Assembly: GCA_031409655.1 (NCBI GenBank)
Contig: JANNXQ010000165.1
Location: forward strand, 1-11,451
DNA from: Chthoniobacteraceae bacterium
GTDB lineage: Bacteria > Verrucomicrobiota > Verrucomicrobiia > Chthoniobacterales > Chthoniobacteraceae
Direction: 5' to 3'
DNA: 11,451 nt
Shown here piece by piece: positions 1 to 6,617 of the stretch. Both the position numbers and the translations under genes were made by a program. Under the pieces are notes generated by a model that was not told the origin of the DNA, made no database searches, and worked only from the letters and a program-made list of their open reading frames with translations. Numbering within the stretch: position 1 is the first letter of the stretch; each line of letters begins with the position of its first letter.

Positions 1-572
1 ATGCCCACGCCGCCGGTGAAACCGATCCGGCCATCGACGATGAGCAGCTTGCGATGGGTCCGATTATTGATCCGCGCCACGCTATACCAATGCAGCGGAT
101 GGTATCGCTCGACCTCGACGCCGGCGGCTTGCAGATCGTCCAGATACTTCGCGTCGATCTTCCCCGTGCCGACCGCATCCAGGAGCACATGCACCTTGAC
201 CCCCGCCCTGGCGCGCTCGCACAGAGCCTCGGAGAATTTTCGGCCGATCTCGCCGGACCAGTAGATGTAAGTCTCGAAGGTAATGGTCGAGCGCGCGCCG
301 CGGATCGCTGTGAGCATCGCCGGAAAGATTTCGTCGCCATTTTGCAAGGCCGTGATCCGATTCCCCGCGAGGATGCTGGGGCCGAGGAGATGGCTCATCG
401 CGCGGAGAAACTGCGGATCGCTGACCGCGAAACGATGTTCGAGTTGGTAGCGGATTTGTTTCTCCCCCGCGCGCAGGTTCAGGAAGAGGACGGTGAGGAA
501 AAGCGTCGCCACCACCGCGCTCGCGACGGCGCCCCAGAGTCTCCATTTCCCGAGCTGCCGGGGCGCGCTCAT
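1..572 (-). CDS. cls: Cardiolipin synthase / phospholipase D family protein, 3'-truncated by the window edge
   Basis: Not in the ORF track (no stop in window). Manual translation from ATG 572: MSAPRQLGKWRLWGAVASAVVATLFLTVLFLNL (one TM) ...LQNGDEIFPAMLTAIRGARSTITFETYIYWSG...GVKVHVLLDAVG...NNRTHRKLLIVDGRIGFTGGVG. This includes the first HxKxxxxD motif. Confidence 0.92.
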   Translation of the reverse strand, partial: MSAPRQLGKWRLWGAVASAVVATLFLTVLFLNLRAGEKQIRYQLEHRFAVSDPQFLRAMSHLLGPSILAGNRITALQNGDEIFPAMLTAIRGARSTITFETYIYWSGEIGRKFSEALCERARAGVKVHVLLDAVGTGKIDAKYLDDLQAAGVEVERYHPLHWYSVARINNRTHRKLLIVDGRIGFTGGVG

Positions 573-582
573 GGGAGGCCAT

Positions 583-1092
583 TTACCACCGGACGCGCCC
601 GTGTTGCTCGCCTTCCTCGACCCCGGGAGTCTGGCCGGAGGCGTAGGCTCTCGCGGCTTCGAAGAGGTATTTGATCTTCAGGAAACCGCTACTGTCCCAG
701 AATTCGCCCCGCTCCGGGCGAACGAGGATGAGAGCGATTTGCAGGTCGTCTTTCCCGCCAGGGAACCACACGCGGAAGGGCTCCTGCCAAAGCTCGGCGA
801 TCCGGGCGCGGTCCTGCACCAGTTCGGCGCGTCCGCTCATCGAAAGGTAGGCGCTGTGGTCGTTCTGGCAGATGATGTGAACGTGGGTGTCGGCCTCAAT
901 CTCGTGGATCTTCGCCGATTCCGCGCCGGTGATGAACCACACGCGCCCATCCTCCTCGACCCGCGCCAACGCCATCGGTCGGGCGCGCATCTGGCCCGCA
1001 TCCGCATGGGTGACGAGCATGGCGGTGTGAAATTGCATGAGCAGCTTATGGAAATGCTCGCGCTGCTCGGCGGGGGATGGCGATTCGTGCAT
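583..1092 (-). CDS. Pyridoxamine 5'-phosphate oxidase-like FMN-binding split-barrel protein (general stress protein 26 type)
   Basis: 169 aa with AMLVT...MRARPMA...VWFIT...SAKIHEI...YLSMSGRAELVQDRARIAELW...WFPGGKDD...LILVRPERGEFWD. GGAGG lies just upstream of the ATG. Ends 10 nt before the cls start, so probably co-transcribed. Confidence 0.88.
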   Translation of the reverse strand: MHESPSPAEQREHFHKLLMQFHTAMLVTHADAGQMRARPMALARVEEDGRVWFITGAESAKIHEIEADTHVHIICQNDHSAYLSMSGRAELVQDRARIAELWQEPFRVWFPGGKDDLQIALILVRPERGEFWDSSGFLKIKYLFEAARAYASGQTPGVEEGEQHGRVRW

Positions 1093-1187
1093 GCCTCCAG
1101 TTCGCGGCGCGGCGTCCTCCCGGTCTTATCGAATGGAGGTTTGACGGGGCGCCCGTGGCCGACGGTTTGGAGGACTAGAGTCGCGGA

Positions 1188-1607
1188 CTACTTTGCCTGG
1201 CTTTTGCGCCTGGCTTCGGCGCTGGCCCTGGCGTGGAGCTTGGCGAAATCGGCGGCGAGTTTGTCGAGTTCCGCTTCGGGCAGGTCCTCGAGGTCGATGA
1301 GATCGTTGCGCGCTTCGGCGATTCCACGGATGAGTTCGTCCAGCTTCAGATGCACGGCTTTGGCATCGCGGTTTTGGGTGCTCTGGATGAGGAAGACCAT
1401 GAGGAAGGTGACGATGGTCGTGCTGGTGTTGATGACGAGTTGCCAGGTATCCGAGAAGCCGAAGAGCGGACCGGTGAGGCCCCACAGGGCCACGACGCCG
1501 AGCGCGATCAGAAAGGCCCAGACGGAGCCGACCGCTTCGGAAGTCTTGCGCGAGAAGTGATGGAAGCGGTCGCGGAACGTTGACGAATTCAGCGCGGGTG
1601 TACTCAT
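1188..1607 (-). CDS. Low-affinity iron permease (Fet4-like) family small membrane protein
   Basis: Signature WGLTGPLFGFSDTWQLVINTSTTIVTFLMVFLIQSTQNRDAKAVHLKLDELI. Start placed at ATG 1607 (MSTPALNSS, 139 aa) because the 1721 start would overlap the divergent small ORF. Confidence 0.9.
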   Translation of the reverse strand: MSTPALNSSTFRDRFHHFSRKTSEAVGSVWAFLIALGVVALWGLTGPLFGFSDTWQLVINTSTTIVTFLMVFLIQSTQNRDAKAVHLKLDELIRGIAEARNDLIDLEDLPEAELDKLAADFAKLHARASAEARRKSQAK

Positions 1608-1649
1608 GCCGGAGAAATCGCGGGGAGACGCGATGATGGCTGTCTCGCG

Positions 1650-1689
1650 AGGGCAATTTTGATACGCGCAGCGCGATGCCGGATCGCGA
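1650..1689 (+). promoter_or_regulatory. Putative promoter motif, copy A
   Basis: AGGGCAAT-N6-ACGCGCAGC(1664-1672)-N13-GCGA(1686-1689), 11 nt before ATG 1701. Same core and spacer as three other sites. Confidence 0.55.
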
Positions 1690-1700
1690 AGAACAGACAT

Positions 1701-1817
1701 ATGAAAACCTCGAAGACTCATTCCAACTCCGGCGCACTCGGCTGGGGCGTGCTCTGGCTGATCGGCGTTCCGATTCCGATTTTACTCGTCCTCTTTCTCC
1801 TCCGCGGCTGCACGTAA
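1701..1817 (+). CDS. 38-aa single-TM small protein (unannotated)
   Basis: MKTSKTHSNSGALGWGVLWLIGVPIPILLVLFLLRGCT*. It has a clean hydrophobic helix, fills the gap between the iron permease and CBS genes, and sits directly behind motif copy A. Confidence 0.75.
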   Translation: MKTSKTHSNSGALGWGVLWLIGVPIPILLVLFLLRGCT

Positions 1818-1920
1818 TCCGCAGCGTAAACGTCGTTCCTGACTTCAGAATATTTATCCAGGTACATCCACGCCGACGCGTGGTGCCGATTGCGAAGATC
1901 AAGATCCAAGTTACCCAAAG

Positions 1921-2376
1921 ATGCCTGCAAAACCTGAATCAAAAAAGAAGGCCGCCGCCGCGAAGTCCGTCCCCTTGAAAAGCCTCGCCTCCGAAAAGGA
2001 AGGCGCACTGAATCCGCAAGATACCGTGGCCACGGCCGGCGCGCGGATGCGGGAGCACGATGCGAGTGCGTGGCCGGTGGCGGAGGATCGCAAGCTCGTC
2101 GGCACCATCGACGAAAAGAATCCCGACTGGAAACTCGGCGGCCATGGGCACGACCCGAAGACAAGCAAAGTCGGCGAGATCATGAAGCGCGAGCTGGTCT
2201 TCTGTTATGAGGACGAGGATTGCACCACGGCGCGACTGCTCATGGACGAGCGCGGGCTGCACTATCTGCCGGTGGTCGATCGCGAGATGCGCATCGTCGG
2301 GATCTTCAGTCGCCACGAGATTGCCGAGAAGGCCGACGCAGCGCGGGAGGTGAAGAGCAGGAAAGGGAAGGCGTAA
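1921..2376 (+). CDS. Stand-alone tandem CBS-domain protein
   Basis: 151 aa with two CBS repeats: DTVATAGARMREHDASAWPVAEDRKLVGTI and VGEIMKRELVFCYEDED...LMDERGLHYLPVVDREMRIVGIFS. Confidence 0.9.
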   Translation: MPAKPESKKKAAAAKSVPLKSLASEKEGALNPQDTVATAGARMREHDASAWPVAEDRKLVGTIDEKNPDWKLGGHGHDPKTSKVGEIMKRELVFCYEDEDCTTARLLMDERGLHYLPVVDREMRIVGIFSRHEIAEKADAAREVKSRKGKA

Positions 2377-2668
2377 CTTCTACCTGTCCAAGGGTGGACA
2401 AACACGAAAGGTCGCAGTCAAGAGTGCCTGCGGCCTTTCCTTTTTCCGGCGGAGTGCGAGCAGCCAACAGCCAGGTGCCGCGCGCACAGTGGAGCTGACT
2501 GATCCGTGCGCCGAGGCATCCGCCGTCCACCTCGCTCCATCGCTGCCCGTGTTCGTGCTGCAGCGCGCGAGCGGTGGGACGTAGAGGTTGTCGGAAAAGT
2601 GAACGGTAGTGTCTGTTTGCGCGACGCTGCGCGGGTTGGTTCACCAGCGGTCCCAGAGTAACGAGGCG

Positions 2669-2685
2669 CTGGCACGGTTTAGGCG
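2669..2685 (+). promoter_or_regulatory. Possible sigma-54 (-24/-12) promoter
   Basis: CTGGCACGGTTTAGGCG: perfect YTGGCACG and GG-N10-GC spacing, but AGGC instead of TTGC at -12. It lies ~15 nt upstream of ATG 2700. Confidence 0.35.
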
Positions 2686-2699
2686 CCTTTCCCCCGGGC

Positions 2700-2873
2700 A
2701 TGAACAAGCCCCTGAAATCCTCCCATCGCTCCAAGCTCACTTTTGGCGATTTGATCGCCGCCGTCTCTTCCGTGAGCCGCAACAGTCGCGAAGCCGCACT
2801 CGCCGTCGCCGACCTCCTGCAATCGCGCCGCGTCGTCCTCACCGATCGCCGATCCGCCCGCCGCCCACACTGA
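2700..2873 (+). CDS. 57-aa hypothetical protein (unannotated)
   Basis: MNKPLKSSHRSKLTFGDLIAAVSSVSRNSREAALAVADLLQSRRVVLTDRRSARRPH*. Third positions are C/G-biased like neighbouring genes, the pattern is amphipathic-helical, and it ends just before the BON promoter region. Confidence 0.65.
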   Translation: MNKPLKSSHRSKLTFGDLIAAVSSVSRNSREAALAVADLLQSRRVVLTDRRSARRPH

Positions 2874-2910
2874 TGTCGAAACGGCTCGCTGCGCGCCTGA
2901 TGCCACGCTC

Positions 2911-2949
2911 AGGCCAATGGAGCACGCGCAGCATGCGTCGGAGTTGCGA
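2911..2949 (+). promoter_or_regulatory. Putative promoter motif, copy B
   Basis: AGGCCAAT-N5-ACGCGCAGC(2924-2932)-N13-GCGA(2946-2949), 10 nt before ATG 2960. Confidence 0.55.
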
Positions 2950-2959
2950 TCTACCGGAC

Positions 2960-3334
2960 ATGAAAAGAACTCTCCTCACCCTCACTGCTACCGCCGCCAT
3001 GCTCAGCCTCTCCATCGCTCAGGAGAATGCCAAGGAACCCGACAACAGCGGCAAAAACAAACGCGATAAGAGCGGTGCGACCGTCACCCCGGGCGATCAA
3101 TCCAACGCTCCCGCAGATGTGAAGATCACGCAGGACATCCGGCGCATGGTCATGGACGACAAATCGCTGACCATGACGGCCAAGAACGTGAAGATCATCA
3201 CCATCGACGGAAAGGTCACGCTGCGCGGACCGGTGAATACCGCCGCGGAAAAAGAATCTGTGTGCAACCACGCCAAGATGGTCGCCGGCAAGACTGCCGT
3301 GACCGACGAAATCGAAGTCAAATCAGCCAAGTAA
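2960..3334 (+). CDS. Secreted single-BON-domain protein (OsmY-like), copy 1
   Basis: Signal peptide MKRTLLTLTATAAMLSLSIA, then DVKITQDIRRMVMDDKSL...NVKIITIDGKVTLRGPVNTAAEK...VTDEIEV. Start 2960 matches the 124-aa paralog at 7967. Confidence 0.92.
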   Translation: MKRTLLTLTATAAMLSLSIAQENAKEPDNSGKNKRDKSGATVTPGDQSNAPADVKITQDIRRMVMDDKSLTMTAKNVKIITIDGKVTLRGPVNTAAEKESVCNHAKMVAGKTAVTDEIEVKSAK

Positions 3335-3366
3335 CCAAATAACCAAGTAACCAAATAACCAAGTAA
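3327..3366 (+). repeat. Tandem repeat, 5 x CCAA(G/A)TAA (2.5 x 16-mer)
   Basis: CCAAGTAA CCAAATAA CCAAGTAA CCAAATAA CCAAGTAA. The first unit contains the BON stop codon. Confidence 0.95.
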
Positions 3367-3392
3367 CACCCAACTCACTAACCATCATCATT

Positions 3393-3920
3393 ATGTCACA
3401 AAACGCTGTCTTCTGTATCGCCACCTCCCGCCCGCAAGCCGAGCGAATCGTGGACCGTCTCACCGCCTCCGGCTTCACCACGCCGGACATTTCCGTCGTC
3501 TATCCCCAGGGACCGGGCCAGGACGTCGGCCACGTCAAAGCCACCAAAGCTCCCGAAGGCACGGCCACCGGAGTTGCCGCGGGCGGCGTGACCGGCGGCG
3601 TCCTCGGTCTGCTCGCCGGCATCGGCGCGCTGGCCATTCCGGGGGTCGGGCCGCTCATCGCTGCCGGACCCATCATGGCTGCGCTCAGCGGCGCGGCAGT
3701 CGGTGCGGCCGCGGGCGGACTTGCGGGCGGCTTGATCGGCCTCGGCATCCCCGAGATCGAAGCCAAGGTCTATGAGGACAAGCTGCTCAAAGGCAACTAC
3801 CTCATCTCTGTGCGCGCCGCTTCCGGCGAACTGGAGGATCGCGCGGAGAATATCTTCAAGCAGGAGAAGGCCGAAGACATCTCGACCGTGGACGAAGCGA
3901 AAGTCCCGGCGGCGGCGTAA
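3393..3920 (+). CDS. General-stress membrane protein with glycine-zipper hairpin (YflT/DUF3341-like), copy 1
   Basis: 175 aa: QAERIVDRLTASGFTTPDISVV...KAPEGTATG...GLLAGIGALAIPGVGPLIAAGP...GGLIGLGIPEIEAKVYEDKLLKGNYLISV. Confidence 0.85.
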   Translation: MSQNAVFCIATSRPQAERIVDRLTASGFTTPDISVVYPQGPGQDVGHVKATKAPEGTATGVAAGGVTGGVLGLLAGIGALAIPGVGPLIAAGPIMAALSGAAVGAAAGGLAGGLIGLGIPEIEAKVYEDKLLKGNYLISVRAASGELEDRAENIFKQEKAEDISTVDEAKVPAAA

Positions 3921-3957
3921 CTGCGCGAAAGAATCACTTCAGTCTCCATCACGAATC

Positions 3958-3995
3958 CGCACGACCGTCCCGCGAGGGGCGGTCGTTGCGCTTTT
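3958..3995 (+). terminator. Hairpin / probable terminator after cassette copy 1
   Basis: ACGACCGTCCC-GCGA-GGGGCGGTCGT, an 11-bp stem with a GNRA loop, followed by TGCGCTTTT. Confidence 0.65.
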
Positions 3996-3996
3996 C

Positions 3997-4115
3997 GGAT
4001 GGTGAGGCGGCTCTGTCCGGCGTTCAAGCCGGACGTGCCGCCTCTGATTTGTTCCGCAGATCGGCGTGAGGCGGCACGTTCCGCTTGAGCGCGGAACAGA
4101 ACTGCCTCTACATCC
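3997..4115. repeat. REP-like inverted doublet of 41-nt palindromic units
   Basis: 4004-4044 and 4068-4108 are each hairpins and are reverse complements of one another (34/41 by hand). Outer flanks are GGATG...CATCC. The minus-strand unit is preceded by GTAG (overlapping its first G). Confidence 0.75.
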
Positions 4116-4346
4116 TGAGCCGCCAGCCACCCAGCCGCGCGCTCAGCTTCCCCTAAAGTTGCCCTCATCCTCACCCTCCGGGTGGCCCCCGTGCCTCGGG
4201 GAAGATTCAACGAGTTGGCGCTGCGGCGCTGAGCGTATCACGGGTTTCGCGGGAATTCGCGGAGACTCTCGCTCGCAGGATGGCGGGGGCGTTCGGCGTC
4301 GATTGTTTCATCCGTTCGCACACGGGCGCGCGATTCAATCTTCGCC

Positions 4347-5762
4347 ATGAATCACTCCGCCACGCTTGCACTGCTCCTGCTCGCCGGTCCACTCGCCACT
4401 GCGGCGGAGGATGCGAAAAAGAAAACTCCCGTCCCGACGAGCTTCGCGCCGGTGGTTCCGAAGAAAGATTTCCAGGCCACGATGGCACGCATGAAGGCGG
4501 AGAAAGCCGCCATCGAAAAGAAGCACCAGGAACTCCTCGCCGCGCGCTACGACTTGCACGATGACGCTGCGCCCGCGGTGCAGATGGCGCGCGGCAAAGC
4601 CGTGCAGCAGGGCCTTCGCGCGCGCCTGCTGGCTTGGCGTGACGCGGGACGCGCTCGCCGCGATGACGCCGGAGCAGGTTCGCGAAAAGGACGCGTGGCC
4701 CGCGGGATTTTTCCCGTTGCCGCATCCGAATCATCCCGAAGGCGGGATGTTATTCCCGAAGTTTGAGATCGAGGAGTTGAAGAAGCAGGAGCAACGCGAT
4801 CTCACCCGCTTCGATCTCGATTTCGATCTGCCCGATCATCTGCTGCCCGAGTTCCCCGCTCCGATCTTCCTCACTACCCGGCCAGACCTCGGGGACGTGG
4901 CGAAAGGGAAGCGCGTGACGATCGACAACTTCATGGAGCTCTTCGATGGAGTGTTGAATCCCAAGCAACTCGATGGGTTGCGCCTCCTGCTCACGCCGTT
5001 TCCGCAGCAGCAGTTCAATATGACGGGCGACCGGCGTTCGGAGAAACCGCATCGCGGGGTGGCGTGTTTGACTGCCATTCCAATGGACACACCAACGCGG
5101 CAACGCATCTGGTGGGCAACATCCGCCCGCAGGAACACCGGCATCGGCTCGATACGCCGAGCCTGCGCGGGGTGAATATCCAGCGGCTCTTCGGTTCGCA
5201 GCGCGCGCTCAAGTCGGTGGAAGATTTCACCGAGTTTGAGCAGCGCGCCGCTTACTTCGACGGCGATCCGGTGATCGCCGCGAAGAAGGGCATCAACCCG
5301 CTGGAGCGCGGCAGCCAGGTCCATGGGAGCGCGGCAGCCAGGTCCATGCGATGGCTGAATTCCAGGCCGTGCTCGACTTCCCGCCGGCGCCGAAACTCGG
5401 GATCGACGGGAAGCTCGATCCGCGCAAAGCCAGCGAGGCCGAACTGCGCGGCCAGACGCTCTTCTTCGGCAAGGCGCAGTGCGCCACCTGCCACACGCCG
5501 CCCTATTACACCGACCTCACGATGCATAACCTGCGCGTCGAGCGCTTCTTCACCGAGCGGATGATCAACGGCCGCAAAGCCAGCGCCGACGGCCCGATCA
5601 AGACCTTCCCCCTTGCACGGCATCAAAGACTCGCCGCCCTATCTCCACGACGACCGCCTGCTCACGCTGGAAGACACCGTGGAGTTCTTCAATCTCGTGC
5701 TGGAGACGAAACTCACCGCGGCTGAGAAAGCGAGTCTCGTCGCGTTTCTCCGGACGCTGTAG
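4347..5762 (+). pseudogene. Periplasmic di-heme cytochrome c (cytochrome c peroxidase/MauG-like superfamily) with four frameshifts; pseudogene or sequence errors
   Basis: Signal peptide MNHSATLALLLLAGPLATA. Repairing +1 (~4634), -1 (~5068), a 23-bp duplication (5303-5348) and +1 (C run 5608-5612) gives a 463-aa ORF with C(F)DCH, DTPSLRG, CATCH and KTFPLHGIKDSPPYLHDDRLLTLEDTVEFF...LVAFLRTL*. Confidence 0.85.
5303..5348 (+). repeat. Perfect 23-bp tandem duplication inside the cytochrome c gene
   Basis: GGAGCGCGGCAGCCAGGTCCATG x2. Removing one copy restores LERGSQVHAMAEFQ. Confidence 0.97.
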
Positions 5763-5950
5763 TTGCCTTTCGCCGCGCTCACCGGCGTCGCCCTTCCCGC
5801 CGACGCCGCGCTCGACAGCATGATCAGCGGAGCGCGCTGCTCCCGCCCCAAGGACCGGCAACATCTTCCTACAACCAGCCTCCCCTCATGCCCCGATAAC
5901 AACGTGCAATCCGCAATAGAAACCACAAACCGAAACCCAAACTAACACCA

Positions 5951-6349
5951 ATGAAAACACGCAATACCCGCATCCTGTCCCTTATGTCCGCCGTCGCGCT
6001 CGCCGCCTCCGGTCTCGCCTCGGCGCAGACCGTCGTCAAGGAGACCACCACGACGACCTCGCTCGGCACGATCAGTGAATTCAGTCCTGAGACCATCGTC
6101 ATCCGCTCGGAGACGGCGCCGGAGCCCATCCGCTACCGTTACACCAAGACCACCACCTACGTGGACGAAGCCGGCCAGCCAGTCTCGATCGAGACCGTGA
6201 AGTCCGGCCTGCCCGTGACCGTGTATTACACCAAGGTGGGCGACCAGATGGTGGCCTCGAAAGTCATCGTGCGCAAAGTTGTCGCGGCACCGGCGGCGGC
6301 GGTCGAGAAAAAGACCACGACGACCACGACCACGAAGAAGAAGGAATAA
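5951..6349 (+). CDS. Secreted Thr-rich, beta-rich hypothetical protein
   Basis: 132 aa. Signal peptide ends ASA|Q, the core is predicted beta (GTISEF...TIVIRS...YRYTKTTTYVD...VKSGLPVTVYYTKVGDQMVASKVIV), and poly-Thr tracts flank it. Strong codon bias and an A/C-rich leader. Confidence 0.88.
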   Translation: MKTRNTRILSLMSAVALAASGLASAQTVVKETTTTTSLGTISEFSPETIVIRSETAPEPIRYRYTKTTTYVDEAGQPVSIETVKSGLPVTVYYTKVGDQMVASKVIVRKVVAAPAAAVEKKTTTTTTTKKKE

Positions 6350-6373
6350 CTCAGCCCTCCCCATACCTTCGCC

Positions 6374-6538
6374 ATGAAAGCTCTCGCCCTTCTCTTGATC
6401 GGCCTCGCCCTTGTGCCGTTGTCCGGTTGTGTCGCCGTCAAAGAAAAGCCGTCCACTTCCGAGACGACCGTCACCACGGAAGAGACCACCATGCGCACTC
6501 CAGCAGTCTCGGAGACGCGCACCATTCGCAGTTACTGA
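6374..6538 (+). CDS. 54-aa small lipoprotein (unannotated)
   Basis: MKALALLLIGLALVPLSGC|VAVKEKPSTSETTVTTEETTMRTPAVSETRTIRSY*, with canonical lipobox LSGC (Cys19). Starts 24 nt after the preceding stop. Confidence 0.82.
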   Translation: MKALALLLIGLALVPLSGCVAVKEKPSTSETTVTTEETTMRTPAVSETRTIRSY

Positions 6539-6617
6539 ACGGCTGTCCCCACACCGTGCCTGCCGTCGCGCATCTTGAGAGCGGAACCCTCGCGCTCCTG
6601 CGCGGCGGTGGGCCTCG

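Larger units (their letters stand above)
2896..3990 (+). repeat. Copy 1 of diverged direct duplication (promoter + BON + glycine-zipper gene + hairpin)
   Basis: Similarity to 7904-8972 starts at CCTGA(T/C)GCCACGCT(C/T)AGG..AATGGAGCA and runs through both genes to the downstream hairpin. Confidence 0.93.

Noticed and set aside
493..1560. 355-aa plus-strand ORF and other long overlapping ORFs (54-674, 1126-1902, 5942-7012, 6575-7477, 6636-7646, 9319-10032)
   Set aside because: Antisense or off-frame shadows of recognisable genes. They are expected in GC-rich DNA and carry no motifs.
2377..2668. Unexplained intergenic stretch; one minus frame reads ...CWLLALRRKKER, reminiscent of a PEP-CTERM tail
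   Set aside because: No VPEP motif, no full TM helix and no credible start. It may be a decayed remnant but cannot be supported.
2609..2959. 117-aa N-terminal extension of BON copy 1 in the ORF track
   Set aside because: The paralog and signal peptide fix the start at 2960. The extension overlaps the 57-aa ORF and the promoter motif.
3327..3366. Short repeats as a CRISPR array or iterons
   Set aside because: Contiguous 8-mers with no spacers, and no cas or rep gene in the window.
4347..5762. Programmed frameshifting, or several separate cytochrome genes
   Set aside because: Four shifts of mixed sign with no slippery heptamers. The pieces join into one continuous protein, and the internal fragments lack signal peptides.
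5783..5808. CGGCGTCG...CGACGCCG hairpin after the cytochrome c stop
   Set aside because: 8-bp stem with a 10-nt loop and no U tract, too weak to call as a terminator.
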